Origin: an uncultured delta proteobacterium
GTDB taxonomy: Bacteria > Myxococcota_A > Polyangia > Polyangiales > B10-G4
DNA: 64,000 nucleotides
NCBI GenBank assembly: GCA_963727445.1
Contig: CAVSGI010000008.1
Location: 256,001-320,000, forward strand
Reading direction: 5' to 3'
Below the pieces are notes generated by a model. It ran no database searches. It was not told the origin of the DNA and saw only the letters and a program-made list of their open reading frames with translations. A program made the position numbers and the translations under genes. Positions within the stretch are counted from its first letter, which is position 1, and each line of letters starts with the position of its first letter. Shown in pieces: positions 9,560-18,711 of the stretch.

Positions 9560-11821
9560 TCAGGGAACGCGATCGTCGAGGGCCCGGAGGTAGGTCACCA
9601 GGTCGTCCATCTCGCCAGACGACAGGGTGCTGGTCACGCCGTGGGCGTCGTCGGGGTTCTCGATGGTGAGCACGTCGCGGATCGAGGCGGCCGATCCGTC
9701 GTGCAAGTACGGCCCGCTCCGCCACAGACCGCGGAGGGTGGGCGTGTCGATCCCGGTCAGCGCCCCGCCGAGCCGCGTCCCGCTTCCGGCGCCGAGGGTG
9801 CCGACGTCGTGCAGGTTCGGGGTGCGGCTCGCGTCGAAGCCGCTGTCGGTGAAGCTGGCCCCGCTGTGACAGCCTCGGCAGCCGGTGGATGCGCCCTCGA
9901 AGATCGCTTCGCCTCGCGCGAAGGCCGCCTCCCAGGTCGGGTCGCCTTCGCGCCGGAAGGGCGATCGGCCGAATCCCGTGAGACTCGAGACGTAAGCGGC
10001 GAGCGCGTCCAGCTCCGACGAGACGCCGGCCTTCGGATCGCCGAGGGGCGTGTTTCGGGTACCGGTCATGAACTCCGCGTCGGACATGAAGCCCGTGCCG
10101 CCCTGCCCGCTGCGGATGTCGTGCTCGAAGTCCTGAACCTCGTCGAAGTTCGCGCTCCAGTGCAGCGAGCCGTGACCGAGACCGGCGCGGCCCCGCAGCG
10201 GGATGGTGTTCCTCAGGCCCTCCCCGCGTTGCGTGAAGTCCCAGACGAGGTTGTCCGCCTCCGCGTCGAGATGGCAGCTAGCGCAGGCGAGGTAGCTGGT
10301 GCGGCTCATCCGCGGGTCGCGCGACCGGTAGAAGATGCGCTTGCCCTCGAGCACCATCGGCTCCAGAGGCTCGGCGGCCACCGTGTCGATCACCGCCAGG
10401 GGCTCGGGCTCGGTGGACAGATCGGAGACGTCGTAGACCCGCACCTGTCGATCGAGGAACGCCTGAACGAAGAGGTGCGTCCCGTCGGGTGAGATGGCGA
10501 GGCCCTGCGGCGCGGCGCCCGCCTCGCGGATCGAGCCCGTCGTGTTGAAGGTGAACGCGTCGACCGCGATCACCCGCTCCGCGCCCTGGAAGGCGACGTA
10601 GGCCGTCTCACCGAGCGGAGAGAAGACCACCGCCGACGCGTAGTCGAGATCGTCGAAGGCGAAGCGGAAGCTGTCGTGGGCCAGCGTGGTGGGGCTCGAG
10701 GGCTCGCGCATGATCTCGTTCATCACGCCGCGGGCGGTGGTCTGCGCGCTGAGCTCGGCGCCGGTGTTGAAGAGCCCGCCTACCACGTTGGCCTTGAGCG
10801 ACGGCAGGACCGCGCGGCCCGCGTCGGGAGAGAAGACCACCTGATTCAGGAAGGAGGGCACCCCATCGTTGTTGGTGTCGCTGTCGAGCCCTTCCTGCCG
10901 CACGAAATCCGCCGCCCCCACCAGTGCCGCGGTAGCCGGCTCGCTCGCGTCGACGTGATAGACGTAAGCCGCGCTGACGTCGGAGCGCCACCGGGTGACG
11001 AAGATGGCGCCATCGCCGGCGACGGCGACCGCGCGCGGATCGGGACCGAGATCGATCTCCCGCCGGATCACGCCGCTCGGCACGTCCACGCTCACCAGAT
11101 CGGCCGCCTGCATGCGGCTGACCCAGACCCGCCCGCCGCGTGGGTCGGCCGCGACCCCGTAGGGCGCGCTGCCGTAGCCCAGATCGACGACGTCCAAGAG
11201 GGAGAAGTCCTCCGCCGACAGGAGGTGCAGGGTGTCGTCTTCCTGACATGTGACCACGATCGTGGAACCGAGGAGGGCGAGAGTGCGGGGGTGATCGCCC
11301 ACCTCCACCTCGGAGAGGAGCGCGGGCGGATCGGCGTCCAGGACGCTCACCGTATTCGCGTCCGGGTTCACGACCCATACCCGGTCTCGCGCGGCGTCGT
11401 AGAGGATGGTGCTCGAGCGGGTGGGCGGAAGGGGCGCCGGCTCGAAGACCACCGGAACGCTGCGCGAAGCTTCGGCGCGCATCGCTGCATCGAGCACGAC
11501 CACCGAGACCAGCTGCTCTCCCGGAAAGGCGAAGGTGTGACAGGACTCCGCGGGGGCGTCCTCTTCGGGTCCGTCGTCACCCCAGACGAAGGCGATGCGA
11601 GCCCCGGGCCCGCCGTTGTGGACGGCGGTGAGGCAGTACTCCTGCCCGACCCACGCCGCCGGCGCGCCCTCGAGCGTCACCGCGAGGGGCCCGGGCGGCG
11701 CGCTGTCCTCCGCGGCGTCGGCGTCGTTGGCTCCACCGTCCACCACCGATCCATCGTCCGGTGGCACGACATCGTCCCCGCATGCGACGAGGAGCGCGAG
11801 GAGGAGCGCCGCGAGCTTCAC
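9560..11821 (-). CDS. Lipoprotein with PKD-like domain, YVTN-type beta-propeller and di-heme cytochrome c (CCP/MauG-like) domain
   Basis: Lipobox LLVAC; propeller repeats (VWVVNPDANTVSVLD); heme motifs CASCH and CRGCH; TPTLRGLWRSGPYLHDGS. Confidence 0.85.
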   Translation of the reverse strand: MKLAALLLALLVACGDDVVPPDDGSVVDGGANDADAAEDSAPPGPLAVTLEGAPAAWVGQEYCLTAVHNGGPGARIAFVWGDDGPEEDAPAESCHTFAFPGEQLVSVVVLDAAMRAEASRSVPVVFEPAPLPPTRSSTILYDAARDRVWVVNPDANTVSVLDADPPALLSEVEVGDHPRTLALLGSTIVVTCQEDDTLHLLSAEDFSLLDVVDLGYGSAPYGVAADPRGGRVWVSRMQAADLVSVDVPSGVIRREIDLGPDPRAVAVAGDGAIFVTRWRSDVSAAYVYHVDASEPATAALVGAADFVRQEGLDSDTNNDGVPSFLNQVVFSPDAGRAVLPSLKANVVGGLFNTGAELSAQTTARGVMNEIMREPSSPTTLAHDSFRFAFDDLDYASAVVFSPLGETAYVAFQGAERVIAVDAFTFNTTGSIREAGAAPQGLAISPDGTHLFVQAFLDRQVRVYDVSDLSTEPEPLAVIDTVAAEPLEPMVLEGKRIFYRSRDPRMSRTSYLACASCHLDAEADNLVWDFTQRGEGLRNTIPLRGRAGLGHGSLHWSANFDEVQDFEHDIRSGQGGTGFMSDAEFMTGTRNTPLGDPKAGVSSELDALAAYVSSLTGFGRSPFRREGDPTWEAAFARGEAIFEGASTGCRGCHSGASFTDSGFDASRTPNLHDVGTLGAGSGTRLGGALTGIDTPTLRGLWRSGPYLHDGSAASIRDVLTIENPDDAHGVTSTLSSGEMDDLVTYLRALDDRVP

Positions 11822-11909
11822 GGGCAGCCAGCCTATCACTTCCCGCCTCCGGCGCGAGGGGAGGAGGAAGCCGGATGCAACCCGGCCCCGGGGGTGTATT
11901 TGTCCGGAT

Positions 11910-13499
11910 GTGACTCGTCCCAGCTACAAGCGGTCGAAGCCCGAGGGCGCGTGGGACGCCATCGTCGTCGGCTCCGGCATGGGCGGCCTGGCGACGGCCG
12001 CCGTGCTCGCCGCCCACGGCCGCATGCGGGTCTGCGTTCTCGAACGTCACTACACGGCGGGCGGCTTCACCCACGCCTTCACCCGACCGGGCTACGAGTG
12101 GGACGTAGGCGTCCACTACATCGGAGGCGTCGAGGATGCGGGCGGCGTGGGTCCGCTCTTCGATCTGGTGACGGGTGGGCGCATGAAGTGGGCGCGCATG
12201 CCGGAGGTCTACGACCGGATCATCCTGGGCGATCGGGCTTTCGATCTCGTCGCCGGACGCGAGGCCTTCGTCGCGAGCCTCGAACGCGACCTGCCGGGAT
12301 CTGCGGAGCAGGTGCGCGCAGCGATGGAGCTTTCACATGAAGCCGTGAAGACGGCGCCGCGCTACTTCGCTGGCCAGCTCCTGCCGCGTCGTGCCAGCGG
12401 GTTGAGCCATCTGGTGAGCCGCAAGTTCATGCACTTCGCCGACCAGACCGTCGAGCAGGCGCTTCGCCCCCTGGTCCGCGACCCCGTCCTCTTCGACGTC
12501 CTCACCGGCCAATGCGGCGACTACGGGCTGACGCCGCGCGAAGCGAGCTTCATGATCCACGCGATGGTGGCGCTGCACTACGAGAGCGGCGCCTACTATC
12601 CGGTCGGGGGCCCCGCGACCATCGCCGACGGCGCCGAGAAGGTCCTCGCCGAGAGCGGCGGCGCCATCTTCACCAACGCCGAGGTCGACGCAATCCTCGT
12701 CGAGGGCGGACGCGCGGTCGGAGTGCGCATGGCCGACGGCCTCGAGCTACGCGCCCACACCATCATCAGTGACGTGGGCGCGAGCGCGACCTACGGGAAG
12801 CTCCTGCCACGCGACGCGCCGGGCTCCGCCGACATGCGCGCGCGCATCGCCCGCGTGGGCCCGTCGACCGCCCACCTCTGCCTCCACCTCGGCTTCCGTC
12901 ACACCGACGAAGAGCTGGGGCTCGACGGAACGAACCTCTGGATCTACGCGCCCGGGGATCGCGAAGAGCGTTTCGCCGCCTTCACCGCCGATCCCGAGGC
13001 GCCGATCCCCGTCGCGTACGTCTCGTTTCCATCCGCGAAAGATCCCTCGTGGGGCGAGCGACATCCCGGTCGCGCCACGGTCGAGGTCATCACTCTCGCG
13101 CGCATGGAGTGGTTCGAGCGCTGGGCCGAGACGCGCTGGATGAAGCGCGGCGCCGACTACGAGGACTGGAAAGCCTCGATGAGCGAGCGCCTGCTCGCGC
13201 TGCTCTTCGCCCAGCGTCCACAGCTGCGCGGCAAGGTCGATCACATGGAGCTCTCGACGCCCCTGAGCACGCGCCAATTCACGGGACACCACGCAGGCGA
13301 GATGTACGGCCTCGCCCACACGCCCGCGCGCTTCCGCGCCGACGTCCGCGTTCAGAGCGAGGTGAAGGGGCTCTTCCTCGCGGGGTCCGATGTGTCGACC
13401 TGCGGCGTGGCGGGAGCCCTCACGGGAGGGCTGATGGCCGCGGGAGCAGCGCTCAAAGGCGACCTCCCCGGCATCCTCCGCCGACGCCTCGCGTCCTGA
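11910..13499 (+). CDS. FAD-dependent oxidoreductase, phytoene desaturase / retinol saturase-like
   Basis: DAIVVGSGMGGL, ERHYTAGGFTHAFTRPGYEWDVGVHYIG and STPLST. Confidence 0.88.
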   Translation: MTRPSYKRSKPEGAWDAIVVGSGMGGLATAAVLAAHGRMRVCVLERHYTAGGFTHAFTRPGYEWDVGVHYIGGVEDAGGVGPLFDLVTGGRMKWARMPEVYDRIILGDRAFDLVAGREAFVASLERDLPGSAEQVRAAMELSHEAVKTAPRYFAGQLLPRRASGLSHLVSRKFMHFADQTVEQALRPLVRDPVLFDVLTGQCGDYGLTPREASFMIHAMVALHYESGAYYPVGGPATIADGAEKVLAESGGAIFTNAEVDAILVEGGRAVGVRMADGLELRAHTIISDVGASATYGKLLPRDAPGSADMRARIARVGPSTAHLCLHLGFRHTDEELGLDGTNLWIYAPGDREERFAAFTADPEAPIPVAYVSFPSAKDPSWGERHPGRATVEVITLARMEWFERWAETRWMKRGADYEDWKASMSERLLALLFAQRPQLRGKVDHMELSTPLSTRQFTGHHAGEMYGLAHTPARFRADVRVQSEVKGLFLAGSDVSTCGVAGALTGGLMAAGAALKGDLPGILRRRLAS

Positions 13500-13504
13500 T
13501 CGCG

Positions 13505-13811
13505 TCAGGCGACGCTGCGTTCTCTACGCGGTTCCTTGAACCGATAATTTGATCAAGCCATGTGACAAGTCGTACGGCGACAGGGCAACACGCACGCGGT
13601 CACCGAGCAGCACGCGGATGCGATATCGACGCATGCGACCTCCGACCTCGGCTTTGACCACCGGTCCATCGTCGAGCTCCACCTCGAAATGGCCGCCAGC
13701 GAACACGTTCACCACGGTCCCTTCGACCTCGACGTGATCACTGCGCGGAGTCTCCTCCCGCTCGAACTGGCGCCTGCGCTTGCCGCCCTTCTTCTTCCTT
13801 CGTTTGCCCAA
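13505..13811 (-). CDS. infA: Translation initiation factor IF-1, stand-alone copy with basic N-terminal extension (apparent +1 frameshift at 13548-13550)
   Basis: VEVEGTVV...GRMRRYRIRVLLGDRVRVALSPYDLSHGLI; TTG start at 13811 with GAGGAG SD. Removing one base gives ...GLINYRFK..., stop at 13505; as written it stops at 13524. Confidence 0.88.
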
Positions 13812-13817
13812 ATCGTG

Positions 13818-13963
13818 CTCCTCGGCTGCGAGTTGATCGGGAGGCGCGCGAGGCCGCAGCCCGCGATTGCTTCCCTGGTTGTGTGCTCGAACAACGACAG
13901 CCGCGAGGCACGCGGGACACTGCTCGAACTGATTCACCATAAGGCTTCATGCTGCAGTTGCAA
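13818..13963 (-). promoter_or_regulatory. Sigma70-like promoter and structured 5' leader of infA
   Basis: TTGCAA (13963-13958), 16 nt, TATGGT (13941-13936); hairpins at 13929-13885 and 13861-13824 directly abut the SD. Confidence 0.55.
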
Positions 13964-14108
13964 AGGTTTGCGGGGTTTTTGCCCCATTTCACGCGTCTTT
14001 GGAGCCGCGAGGTTCTTCGAAACGCCGTTGACCGCCTCTGCTCGCTGGTCGCATGCTGAAACCCCTTTCCCGGCCCCTCGCCGTCCGGGGTCGGCTCGAG
14101 GCGCGATC

Positions 14109-15770
14109 GTGTCCGCTCAACCCTCAGCATCGACCGCATCTGGGAGCGAGCCGGAGCTCGATCCGGGCTACGTCGTGGATGATCGCTATCGGATCGTCGG
14201 CGTGCTGGGCACGGGCGGCGTCGGCGTCGTCTACCGCGCAAAGGACCTGAAGCTCCCTCACGAAGTCGCGATCAAGGTCCTGCAGAAGAAACACGCGTCT
14301 CATCCTTCGCTGCGCGCGCGTTTCGAGCGTGAGGCGAAGGCACTGGCTGCGCTCCATCACCCCAACATCGTCTCCGTCAGTGACTACGGCATCGCGGACG
14401 GCCGCCCCTTCGTGGTCATGGAGCTCCTGTCGGGATTCACGGTACGCGAGGTCATCGATCGCGGCCCGGTCGATCCCGATCGCGCGTTCGAGATCACCAA
14501 GCAGCTGTTGCGCGGTCTGTCCTACGCGCACGGGCGTGGCCTGGTGCACCGGGACATCAAACCCGGCAACGTCTTCCTGCAGGAGATCGAGCATCAGCCC
14601 GAGGTGGTGAAGATCCTCGACTTCGGTTTCGCGAAGTGGCTGGTCGATCATCCCGAGGCCGACCCCAACCTCTCCAAGGAAGGCATGGTGATGGGCACGC
14701 CCTCCTATCTGCCCCCGGAACAGGCAGCAGGGGAACAGACCGACGGGCGCACCGACATCTACGCGGTGGGCGTGCTGCTCTTCGAGATGCTCGCCGGGGT
14801 CAAGCCTTTCAACGGACCGCTGATCGAGCTGTTACGCCAACACCTCACGGCGAAGGTCCCGCGCATCTCCCAGGTCTCGCGCACCAGGAAAGAGACGCCG
14901 GAGCTCCGCCGGATGATCGAGAAGGCGATGGCGAAGAAGCCCGACGATCGTTTCGCCGACGCCTCGCAGTTCCTCCGCGCGATCGAATCGCTTCCGAAGC
15001 CCGCGATCCGGGAGAAGGGCCGCGGCGCGATGGTGATGGCGGTGACAGGCCTCGCGCTGGCGTGCGCGTTCGCCGGGGCGGTCACCTGGGTCGCGACGCG
15101 ACCGGATCCACGCGCCGAGATCGCGCGCCTGCGCGCCAGCGCCGAGGGCGTCTTGTCGGGACCGGGCCACGTCAGCACCCCGACGCGCGCGGGCGGAGTG
15201 GCGCTCGCCGATCCCCCGCCCGAAGGCGCCGGAGCAGCGGACGACGCCTCCGTCGAGACCATCGCACCCGTCGCGACCGCAGCGCCGACGAGCGCTCCCG
15301 CCGCGCCATCCGAGACCGCCGCCACACGCGAAGGCGATCCCGAGGCGCCGGTGGACGTGGTGCGCGACGTGCGACACCTCGTCGACGCCCACCTCGCCGT
15401 CTCCGACGATCAGGTCGCCGTCCTGCGCACCTATGCCCGAGAGGCCGACAGCGGCGCCGCCTACCTCCTGCTCGCGCACGTCTACAGCCAGCGCAACTGG
15501 TGGTCCGACGCCGTGCGGAACTACCGGTCGGCCTTCGACGCCGAGCCCCGCATCAAAGACGACCCCGCGGTGCTGGACAACCTCCTGCACATCTCCGCCA
15601 TGTCGGAGGCCTCCAACATCGAGGCCTTCGATCTGGTCGAGCACATCTATGGGCGGGACGCCCTGCCGGCGGTGGAGCAGATCCTCGAAGATCAGGACAC
15701 CGGATGGCAGGAAAAGCGGCAGCTGCGGCGCCTGCGGCGCCAACTCGCCCGCCTGCCCCATGCGGGTTGA
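14109..15770 (+). CDS. Membrane Ser/Thr protein kinase with C-terminal TPR-like region
   Basis: LGTGGVGVVY, VAIK, HRDIKPGN, DFG and GTPSYLPPE; TM segment, Pro/Ala linker and helical C-terminus. Confidence 0.93.
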   Translation: MSAQPSASTASGSEPELDPGYVVDDRYRIVGVLGTGGVGVVYRAKDLKLPHEVAIKVLQKKHASHPSLRARFEREAKALAALHHPNIVSVSDYGIADGRPFVVMELLSGFTVREVIDRGPVDPDRAFEITKQLLRGLSYAHGRGLVHRDIKPGNVFLQEIEHQPEVVKILDFGFAKWLVDHPEADPNLSKEGMVMGTPSYLPPEQAAGEQTDGRTDIYAVGVLLFEMLAGVKPFNGPLIELLRQHLTAKVPRISQVSRTRKETPELRRMIEKAMAKKPDDRFADASQFLRAIESLPKPAIREKGRGAMVMAVTGLALACAFAGAVTWVATRPDPRAEIARLRASAEGVLSGPGHVSTPTRAGGVALADPPPEGAGAADDASVETIAPVATAAPTSAPAAPSETAATREGDPEAPVDVVRDVRHLVDAHLAVSDDQVAVLRTYAREADSGAAYLLLAHVYSQRNWWSDAVRNYRSAFDAEPRIKDDPAVLDNLLHISAMSEASNIEAFDLVEHIYGRDALPAVEQILEDQDTGWQEKRQLRRLRRQLARLPHAG

Positions 15771-15827
15771 TGCCCTCTCTTCTTAGAAGGGGGTGCAGAA
15801 GGAAACGACAATTGCTATGACTTGGGG

Positions 15828-17114
15828 GTGCGCTTCCTTGCTTTCGCCGCGGTGGGCTCGTGTCTGATGGTCCTCGCGGGCTGTAAAGCCTTCGACGAGT
15901 CCCTGCTCGATCCGGCCGATTCGGGGCCGTCCTGTCCTCTCAGCCGCCCGCCCGCGCGCCCCAACGCGGACGTCGTTCCGGATGGGGACGACGGGGAGAC
16001 CTACTTCTGGGCTTCCCGCGATCTGCGCATCGACTACCGCGACGATCGCTGGCGCACCGCGGGCTACGACCTCGACGGTCTGTGCTCGGTGGGCCCCAAC
16101 CCCCCGGTGGAGTGCCGCGCCCCCGCCCTCTCCGCGCCCCTCGAAGAAGACGGCGTGATGGGCACCGACAACTCCCTCGGGCACAACATCGCGGAAGTGC
16201 TCCTGTTGGCCTTCCCCGATCTGCAGGACGAGCTCCGCGGCTATCAGACCCAGGGTACCGGCACCACGCTGATCCAGGTCACGGGATGGAACGGTGAGGA
16301 CGACGATCCACGCGTGGTCGCGGTGTTGAGCCAATCGATCTTCGGCACCTCCGAGGACCCGGGCGAGTTCACCGAGTGGAGCATCAGCGGGGAGCAGCTC
16401 ACCATCGACGGCGAGCCGTGGCCGCTGCCCAACTGGGATGGAAACGACCTCTGGTGGGCGCGCGACGACAACTTCCTCGACCGGAATCCCGACAGACCGA
16501 CCGTCCGCGACGACAACGCCTGGATCGCCGACCGCACCCTCGTGATGCGGGTGCCCGACCGCTTCCCGATCATCTACGGCGGGGACATGCGCGCCGCCCA
16601 GTTCATTCTCAGCGACGCGGTGCTGACGCTGAAGATCTCTGCCGACGATCAGACGGTCGAGAAGATGGTCATCGCCGGGCGATTCGCGATCGTCGACCTG
16701 TTGTCCACGATCGGAACCGCCGGCGGCTGCCCCGGCAGCTCGGACTACGAGTCCTTCTCGCACCTGTTGGACCTCGCCGCGGACATCCGCGCGAGACCCG
16801 GCTCCGGTGGTCCCGACGCCGTCTGCGACGCGCTCAGCGTGGGCCTGGTCTACGAGAGCGGCTCGCGGGCGCGCTTCGGGGGGATCGCGCCGGGCACCGA
16901 GGTCCCCAACCCCTGCGTGGATGGCGGTGTGGGCGATGGTGGGATGGACGGCGGGATGCCCGATGGCGCGGCCGATTCGTCGACGCCCGATTCGTCGACG
17001 CCCGATTCGGCGGTGGACAGCGGCGTGATGGACACCGGGGCGATGGATGGCGGCGTTCCCGATTCGGGGACGGACGCGAGCGCGGCCATGGACGCCGCGA
17101 TGGACGGCGGCTGA
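15828..17114 (+). CDS. Hypothetical lipoprotein with C-terminal Asp/Gly-rich low-complexity tail
   Basis: Lipobox MVLAGC; GYDLDGLCS and DGVMGTDN motifs; tail DGGMDGGMPDG(DSSTP)2. Confidence 0.75.
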   Translation: MRFLAFAAVGSCLMVLAGCKAFDESLLDPADSGPSCPLSRPPARPNADVVPDGDDGETYFWASRDLRIDYRDDRWRTAGYDLDGLCSVGPNPPVECRAPALSAPLEEDGVMGTDNSLGHNIAEVLLLAFPDLQDELRGYQTQGTGTTLIQVTGWNGEDDDPRVVAVLSQSIFGTSEDPGEFTEWSISGEQLTIDGEPWPLPNWDGNDLWWARDDNFLDRNPDRPTVRDDNAWIADRTLVMRVPDRFPIIYGGDMRAAQFILSDAVLTLKISADDQTVEKMVIAGRFAIVDLLSTIGTAGGCPGSSDYESFSHLLDLAADIRARPGSGGPDAVCDALSVGLVYESGSRARFGGIAPGTEVPNPCVDGGVGDGGMDGGMPDGAADSSTPDSSTPDSAVDSGVMDTGAMDGGVPDSGTDASAAMDAAMDGG

Positions 17115-17131
17115 ACGGGAGATCGGTCGGA

Positions 17132-17151
17132 GCCAGGGGCTTCGCCCCGGC
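17132..17151. terminator. Small GC-rich hairpin between convergent genes
   Basis: GCC-A-GGGGC-TTC-GCCCC-GGC between the stops at 17114 and 17166; no U-tract. Confidence 0.3.
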
Positions 17152-17165
17152 GTCGACGAGCCCGC

Positions 17166-17672
17166 TCAGCTGGCGATGCGAAGCGCGCCGGGGAGCGGGA
17201 GGCGGTCCGGCGGGACGAAGGTCGCCCGCGCTTCGGGGGACCAGAGGCGCTCGCGCGAGTAGTGGCGCAAGAGGACCCGCACGTCGCACAGCTCCGGGTG
17301 ACGGATGCAGAAGTCCAGCGAGGTGACGCCCGGGTCGCGCACCCAGGCGTCGGCCACCAGGTGCATGAAAGCGACGGTGACCGTCTCGTGGTAGCCGCTC
17401 TCCTTCGACTCGATGACGCGATTTTCGCGGTTCAGGCGCCGGATGCGACGACGCATCACGGCGGTCGCTTCCGCGAGCGGGAAACGCGAGAGCAGGAGTC
17501 GGGCCGCGCGAAGGTGGCTGAGGTGATCCCACTCGGGCAGGGTCAGGCGCGCATCGACGAAGCGCTCCAAGAAGACCGTGTCGTCGAGGGGAGCGCGGTG
17601 CCGGGCGAGGGGAGGTTCGGGCGCTCGGACGTCCATGCCTTTGGAACGGGGCAGCGGGGCCCCGTATTTCAT
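17166..17672 (-). CDS. Conserved hypothetical protein (HxxHLR / YHETxT family)
   Basis: WDHLSHLRAA, GYHETVTVAF and HYSRERLWSPEARATFVPPD; ATGA overlap with the upstream hydrolase (alternative start 17636). Confidence 0.7.
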   Translation of the reverse strand: MKYGAPLPRSKGMDVRAPEPPLARHRAPLDDTVFLERFVDARLTLPEWDHLSHLRAARLLLSRFPLAEATAVMRRRIRRLNRENRVIESKESGYHETVTVAFMHLVADAWVRDPGVTSLDFCIRHPELCDVRVLLRHYSRERLWSPEARATFVPPDRLPLPGALRIAS

Positions 17673-18688
17673 CCGAGTGCGCGGTCGAGGCGGTCGAAGG
17701 CGTCCCGGATGGCCCGGAGCTGAGCACGGCGGTGCAAAACCAGGGAAGTCACGTGGCCCGCGGGCAGCCAGCGGAGCTCCGAGCCCTTCCAGTGGCGGTG
17801 GAGGTGCTCGGTCTCTCGTGGCGGGATGAAGCCGTCGCTTCGCGCGCCCATCAGGATGGCGGCCTCGGGCGCGCGGGGCGGGCCGTGATGGCTGACGTTC
17901 ACCGGCTCGAGGCACGAGAGGAAGAACGCCCTCGCCTCTTCGCGTCCGCCCTTGTCCGCGGCCAGGCGATCCCAATCGAAGGCCCGGGTGAGCGCGGAGG
18001 TGGTGAAGATGGGACCCGCCGCCGAGCCGGCGCCGCGGGGAACGGCGGCCACCGGAAACGGAACCATCGCCGCGGCGAAGGCCGCCATCATCCCGCCCTG
18101 GCTGTAGCCGGTGACCCCGACGCGCTCGTGCCCGCGTCGACGCATCCACGACAGGAGCGCGTTCGCCTCGTCGACGGTCACCAGGTTCATGGTGAACTGG
18201 TCGGCGACGGTTCGGAGCGAGGGCCCGAGCTGTCCGGCGGGTCGCCGGCGTCCGTAGTAGGGGTTCTCCAGGATCAGCGCGCCGATGCCGTGACGCAGCA
18301 GGGAGGTGGCCCAGAGCCGTCGGCGCGCGTACCCCTCCTCCGCGGTCGCCGCCAGCATCAAGCACAGGCGCGGCTCACGGCCATGGCGCACCTCGGGCGG
18401 AAGGAGGAGCTCGACGTGACCCCGCTTGCTCGCCTCGGGAAGGAGCTCGGCCATCGGCGTATCGAAGGTGCCCCGCTGCACGCGATAGCCGAGGGCGGAA
18501 CGCGGGCGGCCGTCGAACCGGATCTCAATCTCCGCAGGTGCTGCATCGCCCGGGTAGCGGCGCACCCGCTCCACCAGCTCCTCGAGACGCGCGAGGTCGC
18601 CGAAGCCATCGGCGTACAGAAGGCCGCCGCGCATCAGCGCCCCGAGCGCCCAATCGGTCAGGTAGTGGAGGTCTGGACGAAGCTTCAC
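17669..18688 (-). CDS. Alpha/beta hydrolase, ABHD18/DUF2048-like
   Basis: LENPYYGRRRP, nucleophile elbow GYSQGG, DGFIP and ELRWLPAGHV. Confidence 0.85.
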   Translation of the reverse strand: MKLRPDLHYLTDWALGALMRGGLLYADGFGDLARLEELVERVRRYPGDAAPAEIEIRFDGRPRSALGYRVQRGTFDTPMAELLPEASKRGHVELLLPPEVRHGREPRLCLMLAATAEEGYARRRLWATSLLRHGIGALILENPYYGRRRPAGQLGPSLRTVADQFTMNLVTVDEANALLSWMRRRGHERVGVTGYSQGGMMAAFAAAMVPFPVAAVPRGAGSAAGPIFTTSALTRAFDWDRLAADKGGREEARAFFLSCLEPVNVSHHGPPRAPEAAILMGARSDGFIPPRETEHLHRHWKGSELRWLPAGHVTSLVLHRRAQLRAIRDAFDRLDRALG

Positions 18689-18711
18689 GCGAGCCCGATG
18701 TACCATGGAGC

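Noticed and set aside
11910..13499. Carotenoid biosynthesis cluster (crtI)
   Set aside because: No crtB/crtE nearby, and the sequence looks closer to retinol-saturase-like enzymes.
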